Notes under the pieces: model-generated
Databases searched by the model: none
What the model was told of the DNA's origin: nothing
Seen by the model: only the letters and a program-made list of their open reading frames with translations
Part shown: positions 1 to 9,866 of the stretch, piece after piece
Numbering within the stretch: position 1 is the first letter of the stretch
How the letters are laid out: every line of letters starts with the position of its first letter
Origin: Moraxella nasovis
GTDB lineage: Bacteria; Pseudomonadota; Gammaproteobacteria; Pseudomonadales; Moraxellaceae
Length of the DNA: 32,000 bases
Direction of reading: 5' to 3'
Assembly: GCF_022701215.1 (NCBI RefSeq)
Contig: NZ_CP089976.1
Coordinates: forward strand, 420,001-452,000
Translations under genes and position numbers: made by a program

Positions 1-900
1 TAAGGCGGTATCTGTGCGTGCTTAATGACGCCATCAATATCGGCAAACTCACGCAGATAGTCATTCACAAGTCCCCTTGCAAGCTTGCCAGAAAATAATC
101 TTGTCAAATGAGTATCTTTTGCACAAGCACTTAGCAACTTTGCTTTCCATAATTCATCAATCACCGATTCTGTCGTCGTCAAAAATGCCGTTCCAACTGC
201 CACCATATCTGCACCCATCATCAGTGCATCACGCACCGCTTTGGCGTCTGCAATGCCACCTGACGCAATTAGCGGCACACAGCTCAGCTTTAAGGCTTGG
301 GTTAGTAACTCAAATGTCGTTATGCGTTCAGCTTCATCATACAGCCAACCACCTTGGTGTCCGCCCGCTTGTCTGCCTTGCACCACGACCGCATCTGCCC
401 CCCATTTGTTGCCATAACACCACTTCATCACAGTGATTTGCCGTACCAATAACAAGCGTACCTACCTGCTTAAGCTTAGCAACTTCATCATGGGTTAAAA
501 TACCAAACGTAAAGCTTGCCACAGGCACAGGGTGGTCAATTAATACCTGAAACTGTTCTTTAAAATCCAATGCAGGCTTAGCACCAAGATTAGGATTAAC
601 ACCCAGCAAAGCATACTTTTGGATAAGCCAATCTGGCATGGCGTGGGTAAATTTTTGGGTTTGATGATCTCGTAGCACCATTAAATTTACCGCAAAAGGT
701 TGGTTAGTGAGAGTTTTAATAGCACTAATCTCACTTATCATTAGCTTAGGTGGCATCATGCCCGCCCCTAGCGAACCTAACGCACCTGCCGTGGAAGCTG
801 CTGCCACAAAGCTTGCATTACTTGCTTTTGCCATCGGTGCTTGCATGATAGGCGTTGCAAGCTTTAGGTGCTGTTTTATACTAATGTTTATCTGCTGCAT
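1..900 (-). pseudogene. Nitronate monooxygenase (NMO / 2-nitropropane dioxygenase family), frameshifted; the 3' end runs off the left edge
   Basis: The N-terminal frame (ATG at 900) reads MQQINISIKQHLKLATPIMQAPMA...NQPFAVNLMV, typical of the NMO TIM-barrel. After a G6 run (C6 on + at 398-403) this frame gives nonsense and stops at 337. The -1 frame continues ADAVVVQGRQAGGHQGGWLYDEAERITTFELL...PLIASGGIADAKAVRDALMMGADMVAVGTAFL, which includes the conserved AGGH and SGGI motifs, and stays open to position 1. Confidence 0.75.
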
Positions 901-940
901 CAAATCTTCTTTTATCCTTATCCATAGTATACTTTTAATA

Positions 941-970
941 AAAAACACCCAAGCAAGCTTGAGTGTTTTT
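941..970 (-). terminator. Rho-independent terminator downstream of mdh
   Basis: The minus strand reads aaaaacactcaagcttgcttgggtgtttttt. It has a 9-bp stem with one mismatch followed by a T-run, 25 nt after the mdh stop. Confidence 0.55.
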
Positions 971-994
971 AGTTACCAAAAGAACAAAACTAAA

Positions 995-1981
995 TTATAG
1001 CAGATGGCTAATCGCATCACGTTCTTCGATTAATTCATTTAGCGTAGTGTCAATGTATTTTTGGCTAAAGTCATCAATCTCAAGCCCTTGAACGATTTTG
1101 TATTCGCCATTTTCGGTAGTTACAGGGAAACCAAAAATCACACCTTCTGGGATACCATAAGAGCCGTCAGATGGCACACCCATTGTTACCCATTCACCGT
1201 TTGAGCCAAGTGCCCAGTCACGGATGTGATCGATTGCTGCATTGGCAGCAGAAGCAGCAGATGACAATCCACGAGCTTCAATAATGGCTGCACCACGCTT
1301 ACCAACTGTTGGCAAGAAAGTATTGGCATTCCACTCTTGGTCGTTAATGATGTCTTTTACGTTTTCGCCATTAATGGTGGCAAAACGGTAATCAGCGTAC
1401 ATAGTTGGGCTGTGGTTGCCCCATACGGTTAAATTTTTAATATCTTTAACTGCTTTGCCTGTTTTTTTGGCGATTTGAGTTAAGGCACGGTTATGGTCAA
1501 GACGTAACATTGCTGTGAAGTTTTTAGCAGGTAGGTCTGGTGCTGACTTCATCGCGATATAAGCATTGGTATTAGCAGGATTACCAACTACCAGAACTTT
1601 AACATCACGGCTTGCCACGTCATTTAGGGCTTTACCTTGAACGGTGAAAATCTTAGCATTTTCTTGGAGTAAATCAGCACGTTCCATGCCAGGACCACGG
1701 GGACGAGCACCCACAAGCAATGCATAATCAGCGTCTTTAAATGCCACATTTGGGTCATCTGTACCGATTACATCGTGAAGTAGTGGGAATGCACAATCAT
1801 CAAGTTCCATAATCACGCCTTGTAGAGCCTGTTGAGCTTTTTCTACTGGAATCTCTAGCAGTTGTAGAATAACCGGCTGGTCTTTACCAAGCATCTCACC
1901 TGAAGCGATGCGAAATAGTAGGCTATAACCAATCTGACCTGCAGCACCTGTCACAGCAACACGAACGGGTTGTTTACTCAT
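995..1981 (-). CDS. mdh: Malate dehydrogenase (NAD-dependent, 328 aa type)
   Basis: It has the N-terminal Rossmann motif [25 protein letters not shown] and the catalytic region [10 protein letters not shown]. The length is full, and a GAGGA RBS lies upstream of the ATG at 1981. Confidence 0.97.
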   Translation of the reverse strand: MSKQPVRVAVTGAAGQIGYSLLFRIASGEMLGKDQPVILQLLEIPVEKAQQALQGVIMELDDCAFPLLHDVIGTDDPNVAFKDADYALLVGARPRGPGMERADLLQENAKIFTVQGKALNDVASRDVKVLVVGNPANTNAYIAMKSAPDLPAKNFTAMLRLDHNRALTQIAKKTGKAVKDIKNLTVWGNHSPTMYADYRFATINGENVKDIINDQEWNANTFLPTVGKRGAAIIEARGLSSAASAANAAIDHIRDWALGSNGEWVTMGVPSDGSYGIPEGVIFGFPVTTENGEYKIVQGLEIDDFSQKYIDTTLNELIEERDAISHLL

Positions 1982-2142
1982 TGTTGTATCCTCAAAAAAA
2001 AATAAATGGGGTGGATTTTATAATTTAAAGCCTTTTAAGATTATAAATCATCAGCACATCTTGCCAAGCTATCGCTAAGCTAAGACCTGTCAAGTGTAGC
2101 ACTTTTAATCATAAATCGCAACAAAACAAAACATCAGAAAAA

Positions 2143-4164
2143 TTAATAAGCTGCCACCACCCCCATGCGGGTCGAGATAGGCGTATAACGCCCTAATAAA
2201 GAGCTGTAAATTGTCGCATTTTCCATGACATGCTTGACATAATCACGGGTTTCATAATACGGAATAGCCTCAACATACTGATCAGCTGCAATACTGCCGT
2301 GTTTTGGTAGCCACTTTTTAGCAGCGTTTGGTCCTGCATTATAGCTTGCTGTGGCAACGGCAATTTGCCCATTTGCAGTGTTTGCCAGATTGTTTAGATA
2401 CCATGTACCATAGCGGATATTGGTATCAGGATTATTCATACTGCCTGCTGTTTCACCCATTCTTTGGGCGATAAGCCTTGCAGTACTTGGAATAATCTGC
2501 ATCAAGCCACCTGCATTAGCATTAGATTTTGCCCCAGCTTGAAAGCGACTTTCTTGGCGAATAATGCCATACGCCCAAGCAGGATCAATGCCTGCATTTT
2601 GACTGTGGCTAACCACTTCATCATAATAAGCAAGCGGATGTGACAGCGGTGCTGCTCTTAGGTTTGGCATGTTATCAATCGCATAAATACTGCGATGATA
2701 CAGCCCTAAATCATACGCCTTTTTAGCAGCAGCGATTGCTAGGTTTGCATCGTTTGTATCACGGGCTTTTTTAACCGCCCAGTTCCATTCACGCCCAGCA
2801 TGCACATCAGATACGCCACTTTCCATCATTAAAAATGCACGAGCAAAGTACGGATTTTGCATCACTCTTTGGTTGTCATAATGGCTAGCCTTAGGTGTTT
2901 GAGTACCACCAAGCTCTCTTGCTGTTAAAGTCTGACCCAGTCTATCTTTGGCAAGCAGCCCATAATAGTCTAACTCTTTTGCTAAATTTTGGTAAATGCC
3001 GCGTGACTCAGTAGTCTTACCAATCTGCTCAAAGCTACGAGCCAGCCAGTATTGCCACACTCTTTTTTGCTGATTTTGAATACTCATCGTGCTGATTGCT
3101 GTTACGACGTCATGCCACTGCCCAAAATAAATCGCCGCTTGGGCATAATCTTCAGATTCTTCATAATTAAATGGGACGCCGATACTACTTCGAAACCAAT
3201 TTACCGCATCCATACTAAAGCCGTCATCAGTATTCATATTCATGCGTTTTACCGCAATGCTTCGCCACGCATAGCGAATCGCCATATCTGACAGCAGTTT
3301 GTGATGGCGTGTGCGATCTTGGGTGATGTCATAATTTAGTTGGTCAGCTGCTTGTAAATATGAACGATGTGCTATCTGACTGATGGCATAGATGTATAGA
3401 TATTGGTTGGTTTGGCTGTATGGTTCATTCTGAAAACGAGTTAAAAAGCCATTGGGATTTTGACGGATTTCTAAAATCGTCGCATAGTCAATGGCTATGC
3501 CTAATTTACCTGCTAATTTTAGAATGTCTTTAGACTGATCAAGCGGTGGCTTTTTACTAGACAGCTGGCGGTAGTCAATTCTTAACATTCTAACCAGTCT
3601 GTTTTCAAGATCAGTATTGCTGATATTAGGGTGATCTGCCATCTGGGTGGCTAATTTCTCACAAAGTGAACGATCAAGGTGGGTGTTTAGCCAGACATCT
3701 TCTTTTTGAGATAAAGCCTTGGCATCACCGATGGCATTTTGCCCAAGGGCTATCGCACACGCCTCTGATTCATCGGCATTCTCAATGGAGTGGGTCACTG
3801 CTCGCACGCTGGCATAATCGCCCTGCCTTGCTTTGGTTTCGGCATAATCTGCTGCTAGTTTTTCGCTCATTACATGGCTTGGATATTTATGCACAAAGTC
3901 ATTTATCACCTTTGGTGACTGGCTTGATAAGTTATAATTTAGTCGCCAATAAGTCGGATATGCCGCAAATAGTGAATCAGACATAGCATATTCATAATCT
4001 GCCATTGCAGTTGGGTTTGATTTTTGGCGTTCAGCATCGATAAACTGATAAATATCTTCGTTGTTGGCATTTGCCATCAGTGGTAAAGCCATCGCACCGA
4101 TACATAAAAAAAGTACCGTATCACAAATGGTCTTAACGTGTGTTTTTGGAGTTGAGACTACCAT
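2143..4164 (-). CDS. slt: Soluble lytic murein transglycosylase (Slt70 family)
   Basis: A signal peptide (…ALPLMANA) precedes a long superhelical N-terminal region. The C-terminal SLT domain carries the catalytic motif IIRQESRFQ…GLMQIIPSTA…SYNAGP. Confidence 0.85.
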   Translation of the reverse strand: MVVSTPKTHVKTICDTVLFLCIGAMALPLMANANNEDIYQFIDAERQKSNPTAMADYEYAMSDSLFAAYPTYWRLNYNLSSQSPKVINDFVHKYPSHVMSEKLAADYAETKARQGDYASVRAVTHSIENADESEACAIALGQNAIGDAKALSQKEDVWLNTHLDRSLCEKLATQMADHPNISNTDLENRLVRMLRIDYRQLSSKKPPLDQSKDILKLAGKLGIAIDYATILEIRQNPNGFLTRFQNEPYSQTNQYLYIYAISQIAHRSYLQAADQLNYDITQDRTRHHKLLSDMAIRYAWRSIAVKRMNMNTDDGFSMDAVNWFRSSIGVPFNYEESEDYAQAAIYFGQWHDVVTAISTMSIQNQQKRVWQYWLARSFEQIGKTTESRGIYQNLAKELDYYGLLAKDRLGQTLTARELGGTQTPKASHYDNQRVMQNPYFARAFLMMESGVSDVHAGREWNWAVKKARDTNDANLAIAAAKKAYDLGLYHRSIYAIDNMPNLRAAPLSHPLAYYDEVVSHSQNAGIDPAWAYGIIRQESRFQAGAKSNANAGGLMQIIPSTARLIAQRMGETAGSMNNPDTNIRYGTWYLNNLANTANGQIAVATASYNAGPNAAKKWLPKHGSIAADQYVEAIPYYETRDYVKHVMENATIYSSLLGRYTPISTRMGVVAAY

Positions 4165-4286
4165 AACTCATTACTTTTAAATCAAAATATCTCTATCCTA
4201 TCAAATTTTAAGGTGTCGGTAAGTGGTTAAATTGTAACTTTTTATAACCGCTAAATTCATCTATGCCATGATATTTACACTGATTA

Positions 4287-4295
4287 TGCTATAAT
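4287..4295 (+). promoter_or_regulatory. Candidate extended -10 promoter (TGcTATAAT) for miaB
   Basis: The sequence tgctataat lies 47 nt upstream of the miaB ATG. No good -35 is present, which is consistent with an extended -10 type. Confidence 0.35.
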
Positions 4296-4341
4296 AGCAA
4301 GTTTGTTAATACCAACCCGTCTAAAGCCCTTGGAGAAAACC

Positions 4342-5796
4342 ATGACCGCTACCGTATTTAACCCTAAAAATACCCAAATCCATAGAGAAAACACCCTAAC
4401 ACTTGAGCAGTTAAAACACCTGCCCAAAGACCCCACCGCCCCAAAAAAAGTATATATCGTAACCCAAGGTTGTCAGATGAACGAATACGACAGCCAAAAA
4501 ATGGGCGATGTGCTAGGCGACAGTCATGGCATGGTCATCACTAAAGACATCAACGAAGCTGATGTACTCATCATGAACACCTGCTCTATTCGTGAAAAAG
4601 CCCAAGAAAAAGTATTTAGTGAGCTTGGCAGATGGCGAAAGCTCAAACAAAAAAACCCCAATCTCATCATCGGCGTAGGTGGCTGTGTGGCAAGCCAAGA
4701 AGGCGACAATATCCAAAAAAGAGCCCCTTTTGTGGACATGGTCTTTGGACCGCAGACCTTGCACCGCCTGCCTGAATTGTATGACAAATCCACCAAACAA
4801 ACAGACACCTTGTCCAAAAACCGCATCGGCGTGGTGGACGTGTCTTTTCCAAGTATAGAAAAATTTGATTTTTTGCCAGAGCCAAGAGTAGAAGGCTATA
4901 AGGCATTTGTGTCCATCATGGAAGGCTGTTCTAAGTACTGCTCATTTTGTGTCGTACCTTATACTCGTGGCGAAGAGTTGTCTCGCCCACTAGATGATGT
5001 GTTGGCTGAGATTGCCACCTTAGCAGAACAAGGCGTGCGTGAGATTAACCTGCTTGGACAAAACGTCAATGGCTATCGTGGCGACAAAGATGACGGCACG
5101 GTTTGCCGATTTAGCGAACTGCTTCATTATGTCTCACACATTGATGGCATTGAACGCATTCGCTACACCACAAGCCACCCCCTTGAATTTACCGATGACA
5201 TCATAGACGCTTATAAGAGCTTGCCAAAACTGGTCTCGCACCTGCATTTGCCTGTACAAAGTGGCTCAAACAATATCTTAAAAGCCATGAAAAGAAACCA
5301 CACCATTGATGTTTATATCAATCAAATCAATAAACTGCGTGCTGTGCGTCCTGATTTGTATTTGTCCAGCGATTTTATTATCGGCTTTCCAGGGGAGACG
5401 GACGCTGATTTTAATGACACACTACAACTTGCCAAAGACTTAGATTTTGACCATTCTTATAGTTTCATCTACTCAAAACGCCCCGGCACGCCTGCATCTG
5501 ACTTGCCTGATGATGTCAGTCTTGACACCAAAAAAGCACGACTAGCGACATTCCAAGAAGTGATTAAAACATCTACTTTTGCCAAAACACAAGGCATGGT
5601 GGGTCAGACGGTGCGTGTATTGGTAGAAGAAAAAGCCAACAGACGTGAAGGGTTTTTGCATGGTAGTGCAGATAATACCCGCTCGGTGATTTTTGCAGGA
5701 GACGAAAGTTTGCTTGGCAAATTTGTCATGGTCAAAATCACCAAGGCAATCAGTATGCACTTGGTTGAAGGTGAGATTACAGAAGTTTTAGGCTAA
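4342..5796 (+). CDS. miaB: tRNA-2-methylthio-N6-dimethylallyladenosine synthase
   Basis: The UPF0004 N-terminal domain is present ([15 protein letters not shown]…[10 protein letters not shown]). The radical-SAM motif CSKYCSFC and a C-terminal TRAM domain follow. I chose the ATG at 4342, preceded by a GGAG RBS, over the TTG at 4303. Confidence 0.95.
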   Translation: MTATVFNPKNTQIHRENTLTLEQLKHLPKDPTAPKKVYIVTQGCQMNEYDSQKMGDVLGDSHGMVITKDINEADVLIMNTCSIREKAQEKVFSELGRWRKLKQKNPNLIIGVGGCVASQEGDNIQKRAPFVDMVFGPQTLHRLPELYDKSTKQTDTLSKNRIGVVDVSFPSIEKFDFLPEPRVEGYKAFVSIMEGCSKYCSFCVVPYTRGEELSRPLDDVLAEIATLAEQGVREINLLGQNVNGYRGDKDDGTVCRFSELLHYVSHIDGIERIRYTTSHPLEFTDDIIDAYKSLPKLVSHLHLPVQSGSNNILKAMKRNHTIDVYINQINKLRAVRPDLYLSSDFIIGFPGETDADFNDTLQLAKDLDFDHSYSFIYSKRPGTPASDLPDDVSLDTKKARLATFQEVIKTSTFAKTQGMVGQTVRVLVEEKANRREGFLHGSADNTRSVIFAGDESLLGKFVMVKITKAISMHLVEGEITEVLG

Positions 5797-5835
5797 GGCT
5801 TTATAAATAAACAATTTGACATAATTTTAAACGCA

Positions 5836-5869
5836 AAAAAAAAACGCAAGTTTTAACTTGCGTTTTTTA
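5836..5869. terminator. Bidirectional rho-independent terminator between convergent miaB and adh
   Basis: An A-run is followed by the stem acgcaagt / acttgcgt with a 4-nt loop, then a T-run. Confidence 0.75.
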
Positions 5870-5899
5870 TTTCATACCTACTTAATGAATGCCCAAAAA

Positions 5900-6985
5900 T
5901 CACTCATATTCAATGATAACTTTCATCGCATTATGCTCATCGGCATGTTTGAACACGTCATAAGCTTTTTCAAATTCGCTGAATTTGAAATGGTGCGTGG
6001 CAAGTTTTTCCATCGGCAATTTGTTGCATTGACACGCTTTTAATAGCATGCCTGTGGTGTTAGCATTAACAAGACCTGTGGTAATGGTTAAGTTTTTAAT
6101 CCACAGTTTATTAAGCTCAAAATCCACCGCTTTACCATGCACGCCAACGACGGCAATATTACCACCTGCCTTAATCACGCTTTGGCAAGTTTCCCAAGTT
6201 GCAGGTACGCCTACTGCTTCAATAGCAGTATCCACGCCACGTCCGTTTGTGATTTCATTAACACGAGCCACTACATCTTCTTTGCTTGGGTTGATGGTGT
6301 GGGTTGCACCCATTTGTTTTGCCATTTTTAGGCGACTTTCATCCATATCCACCGAGATGATGGTAGCAGGTGAATAAAGCTGTGAAGTTAATAACGCTCC
6401 CATACCCACAGGTCCTGCACCGACAATCACAATGTCGTCACCTGGCTTGACATCGCCATACTGTACGCCAATCTCATGCCCTGTTGGCAATGCGTCTGAT
6501 AAAAATACCGCCACATCGGTATTTAAATCTTCTGGTAGATGATATAAGCTCGTATCAGCAAATGGCGTACGTACATATTCAGCTTGCGTCCCATCAATCA
6601 TATAGCCCATAATCCAGCTACCGCCATTTTGACAATGTGAATACAGTTGCTTTTGGCAGTTTTCACACGCACCGCAGCGGCTAATACAAGAGATAATGAC
6701 CTTGTCACCTTTTTTAAAGTTTTTGACAGACTCGCCCACTTCTTCAATGATGCCGATACCTTCATGTCCTAGGATACGGCCGTTCCATTCGCCTGTTTTT
6801 TCACGAGCGGTGGCTTCAATTTCAGGGTTTTTGCCTTTAATAATGCCTAAGTCTGTACCACAGATGGTGGTTTTGACCATTTTGATAATCGCATCGGTCG
6901 GCTCAATGATGGTTGGCACAGGACGCTCTTCAAAACGCAAATCATCCTTGCCATAATACGTCATTGCTTTCATGGTCTTGCTCAT
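5900..6985 (-). CDS. Zinc-dependent alcohol dehydrogenase family oxidoreductase (MDR superfamily)
   Basis: Catalytic Zn ligands are present (TICGTD, GHEGIG). The structural Zn cluster is CISRCGACENCQKQLYSHC and the NAD(P) fold is VGAGPVG. An AAGGATG RBS precedes the ATG at 6985. Confidence 0.85.
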   Translation of the reverse strand: MSKTMKAMTYYGKDDLRFEERPVPTIIEPTDAIIKMVKTTICGTDLGIIKGKNPEIEATAREKTGEWNGRILGHEGIGIIEEVGESVKNFKKGDKVIISCISRCGACENCQKQLYSHCQNGGSWIMGYMIDGTQAEYVRTPFADTSLYHLPEDLNTDVAVFLSDALPTGHEIGVQYGDVKPGDDIVIVGAGPVGMGALLTSQLYSPATIISVDMDESRLKMAKQMGATHTINPSKEDVVARVNEITNGRGVDTAIEAVGVPATWETCQSVIKAGGNIAVVGVHGKAVDFELNKLWIKNLTITTGLVNANTTGMLLKACQCNKLPMEKLATHHFKFSEFEKAYDVFKHADEHNAMKVIIEYE

Positions 6986-7010
6986 AATTTCATCCTTTTA
7001 TTGATGGTTG

Positions 7011-7042
7011 ATTATAAAGAAACATTGATTTGCCATGTTTCT
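7011..7042 (-). promoter_or_regulatory. Candidate adh promoter (-10 TATAAT at 7011-7016) with a perfect 8-bp inverted repeat (7018-7025 / 7035-7042) over the -35 position
   Basis: The minus strand reads AGAAACATggcaaatcaATGTTTCTtTATAATcaacc…aaggatgaaattATG. There is no recognisable -35 hexamer. Confidence 0.3.
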
Positions 7043-7255
7043 TATTTCTAATTTAACAGATTTTTTTTAGAAAAAAAAGCAATTTTAGAAAAAATACTTT
7101 TTAAAATCATTATGTTATGATATAACTTAACAATATGGCGTGAAAAACTGTTTTTTAGTGAGTATTTTGTACAAATTACCAACCAAATGTAATATTTATG
7201 TGATATAGCATTGTTATATTGATAAAAATCTATCTTTATTTTTTAAGGAAATACC

Positions 7256-7501
7256 ATGTTAGGCGATACTGAATACACCATGAACGAACTGTTTAAACAG
7301 TTGGGGCTTGAGCATACAGATGAAGCAATCGAAAAGTTCATCCAAACCCATCAACTAGACGAAAACACTAGCCTAAAAGAAGCATCTTTTTTAGATGATG
7401 GGCAGCGTGCTTTTATCGCTGAAGAATGGAAATTAGATGCTGTATGGGCGTTGGTTATTGATGAGCTAAATGCTCGCTTACATGAGCAGGCAGATAACTG
7501 A
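7256..7501 (+). CDS. DUF2789 family small protein
   Basis: The 81-aa sequence …LFKQLGLEHTDEAIEKFIQTHQL…ASFLDDGQRAFIAEEWKLDAVWALVIDELN resembles my recollection of DUF2789. An AAGGAA RBS is present. Confidence 0.65.
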   Translation: MLGDTEYTMNELFKQLGLEHTDEAIEKFIQTHQLDENTSLKEASFLDDGQRAFIAEEWKLDAVWALVIDELNARLHEQADN

Positions 7502-7521
7502 TATATCATAAATAAATCAAT

Positions 7522-7550
7522 AAAAAAGCTGATCTAATGTCAGCTTTTTT
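7522..7550. terminator. Bidirectional terminator between the DUF2789 gene and ribF
   Basis: The sequence aaaaaagctga-tctaatg-tcagctttttt has symmetric A and T runs. Confidence 0.7.
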
Positions 7551-7575
7551 ATTGTACAAACCTTTTATGCTTGTC

Positions 7576-8556
7576 CTAGTCGTGGCAATAACGCCATGCC
7601 AGTAAAGCACGCACATCTTCAGCAATGCCTAACTTTAAGGCATCTAAGCTGTCATAGTGGCGTTCGCCATGCAAGTAATGCAAAAAAACCACTTTAAGGG
7701 TTACGCCATATAAATCACCCAAAAAGTTCGGTAAATACACCTCCAAACGATAATCTGCACCGCCCACGCTTGGACGAATGCCAATATTTGCAGCCCCAAA
7801 TAAACTGCCTGCAGATACACCAGATACGCCCGTCTGCTGACCATCGCTTAATAATGACCAAGACAACCTTTCACCATCTTTATAAGCAAAAACATCTACA
7901 CCAAAAACCCCTTGCAAAGCAGGTTTTTGACGCTCTAAAGCAACGTTTGCGGTCGGAAAATCAAGCGTACGCCCAATCTTATCACCGCTCACCACCACGC
8001 CTGTAATCGCATAATCACGTCCTAGCATGTGCTTTGCTGTCGCTAAATCACCTATTTGTAAGGCTTGGCGTACTGCTGTCGAGCTAATTCTATCGCCTGC
8101 TAGGGTGATGGTCTTTAGGCTATCAACACTAAAGCCCGCTTGACGCAAAAATGCTCTATCGCCAACACGCCCAGACCCAAAGCGAAAATCATCGCCCAAT
8201 ACCAAATGCTGCACATTTAGACGCCCTAACAATGCGGCAAACTCTGTGGCTGTCAGCGAACAAAAGGCTTGGTTAAAATCCACCACCAACAAAAAATCCA
8301 CCCCAAGCTTGGCTAAAATATGTGATTTTTCTGCCAAACTTGTCAGTCGTGGTGGCGGATTATCAAAAGCAAAGAACTCTCTAGGTTGCGGCTCAAACAC
8401 CATTACCGCCGAGCTTAAAAAGCGAGAAGCAGCGTCTTGAATTAGTGCTGATAGCATTGCTTGATGACCAAGATGCACGCCATCATAATTACCCACTGTC
8501 AAGGCGATTGGCGGAAGATTTATGGGTGCATTTGGGTCTAAATATATCGTCTGCAT
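7576..8556 (-). CDS. ribF: Bifunctional riboflavin kinase / FMN adenylyltransferase
   Basis: The N-terminal FAD synthetase motif is TVGNYDGVHLGHQAM. A C-terminal riboflavin kinase domain follows (…GRTLDFPTANV…YLPNFLGDLYG). Confidence 0.95.
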   Translation of the reverse strand: MQTIYLDPNAPINLPPIALTVGNYDGVHLGHQAMLSALIQDAASRFLSSAVMVFEPQPREFFAFDNPPPRLTSLAEKSHILAKLGVDFLLVVDFNQAFCSLTATEFAALLGRLNVQHLVLGDDFRFGSGRVGDRAFLRQAGFSVDSLKTITLAGDRISSTAVRQALQIGDLATAKHMLGRDYAITGVVVSGDKIGRTLDFPTANVALERQKPALQGVFGVDVFAYKDGERLSWSLLSDGQQTGVSGVSAGSLFGAANIGIRPSVGGADYRLEVYLPNFLGDLYGVTLKVVFLHYLHGERHYDSLDALKLGIAEDVRALLAWRYCHD

Positions 8557-8661
8557 AAAGCGTTATTCATTTATCACAAACCGCTCATTATAAAGCAATT
8601 TTAGCATTTATCCTAGCATTTAGGTGTATCTGGCTTTTGCCCATCAGGCTTATCGTCAATC

Positions 8662-9291
8662 TCACTGCTTTTGGTGCATCGCATCAACATACAACAGCTT
8701 TTCTTCGCTGACTTCTTTGGCGGTTTTGGCGTCTGGTGCTAAGCCTTTTAATAATGGCAAGTCTTTCACCTCGCCACGCTTTCGCACCGATAATCCCACA
8801 GGAACCATGCGAGCAAACTCAAATAAATGCAGCCACATCTCCTCACCACCTTCTAAAGACTCCTCATCATCTAGGCGAATGGCAGCGATCTGAGATAGAT
8901 CTTTAATCATCTCTTTTTCTTCAGATTGTATCGCCACGCCTGCAACACCAATTCCTGTCAAAAAGCCACCTGCCCAGTCTTTTAGTGCCAAAACTCGCTC
9001 ATACAGATCATGCTCATCGTCTGGCACAAGCGGTTCATAAGCATAAGCATCATCTTTATCTTTTAGAGCAAAGCTGACATCCTCAGCATATTGAGTTAAT
9101 AACTCAAGTGCTGCCTCATCTGGCACACTAAAACTTAACTCTTCTAACAACTGCGTCCAAACCGCCTCATCGGGTGCATTACACACCGTCATCACACCCG
9201 TCATCAGACCATGAAGCTCACTAATAGACACATCTGTCCAACCGCTAAATGCTGCCGTCCAATCATCCCAACCTGACAAATGATCGCTCAT
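8662..9291 (-). CDS. ygfB: UPF0149 (YgfB-like) family protein
   Basis: The sequence contains ELHGLMTGVM…LVPDDEHDLYERVLALKDWAGGFLTGIG, and it sits in the conserved position divergent from zapA. A strong AAGGAG RBS is present. Confidence 0.75.
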   Translation of the reverse strand: MSDHLSGWDDWTAAFSGWTDVSISELHGLMTGVMTVCNAPDEAVWTQLLEELSFSVPDEAALELLTQYAEDVSFALKDKDDAYAYEPLVPDDEHDLYERVLALKDWAGGFLTGIGVAGVAIQSEEKEMIKDLSQIAAIRLDDEESLEGGEEMWLHLFEFARMVPVGLSVRKRGEVKDLPLLKGLAPDAKTAKEVSEEKLLYVDAMHQKQ

Positions 9292-9485
9292 AAACCAACT
9301 CCTTATTACTTAAGTATATTTACCGTCTTTTATGCCGTCTTTTTTATAAAAGACAAGATAAATGATAAAAAACTGCATAAAATTGTAGATTTTTGTTGTT
9401 AATTTACCAAAAAAGTTGGTAATATTGTCAATGATTTACCAAGTGATACACTAGTAGCCACTTTTTATTTTTAATTGAGAAACTT

Positions 9486-9848
9486 ATGATTGATAAATTA
9501 AAAGACCTAGAACAAGCCGTTCATGAATTAACCCAAAAATACAACAACGCTCAAGCTGAGCTGTCTAAGCTTCGGCACGCCATCGCACATGATGATAAGC
9601 CGCAGCAGATTGCTAACTTGCAATCTGAGCTTAACAGCACAAAAGCTGACGCTAAACAAAAAACTGTTCAGATTGAGCAGCTTGAACAGTCACGCACCGC
9701 TTTACAATCACAAATTGAAAGCCTAGTTGAACAAAACCACACGCTGTCTGAGAAAAATCAAGAACTGAAAAATAAAAACAACTTAGCCATCTCTCGCGCT
9801 GAAGTCATTCAAGATTGGCTTGCTAAGATTGACACTAAACCAAATTAA
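9486..9848 (+). CDS. Coiled-coil protein upstream of zapA (TIGR02449-like / ZapB-like)
   Basis: The 120-aa product has heptad-rich Q/E/L/K composition. Its syntenic position directly upstream of zapA matches other gammaproteobacteria. Confidence 0.55.
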   Translation: MIDKLKDLEQAVHELTQKYNNAQAELSKLRHAIAHDDKPQQIANLQSELNSTKADAKQKTVQIEQLEQSRTALQSQIESLVEQNHTLSEKNQELKNKNNLAISRAEVIQDWLAKIDTKPN

Positions 9849-9866
9849 TCCACTAAGGACGCACCA

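Noticed and set aside
77-436. 119-aa plus-strand ORF at the left edge
   Set aside because: It lies antisense to, and entirely within, the NMO coding sequence. It has a low-complexity S/P/L/H-rich translation and no RBS. It is a shadow ORF.
707-1000. 97-aa plus-strand ORF overlapping the NMO 5' region
   Set aside because: It is an antisense shadow of a gene with clear homology, and its hydrophobic translation is a compositional artefact. The same reasoning applies to the other short overlapping ORFs in the track, including 3052-3291, 3666-3986, 4513-4906, 6048-6377, 6696-6956, 7770-8006, 8246-8440, 8624-8893, 11204-11496, 12136-12354, 13644-13865, 15120-15374, 16739-17029, 17765-17986, 18436-18879, 18947-19306, 19431-19890, 20134-20316, 20688-20906, 21332-21541, 23578-23847, 24189-24574, 24998-25947, 26608-26814 and 27602-27793.
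5836-5845. Poly-A/poly-T tracts (5836-5845, 1988-1996, 7061-7078) as phase-variation tracts
   Set aside because: All are intergenic and form part of terminators or AT-rich promoter DNA. Only the G6 tract in the NMO gene lies in coding sequence.
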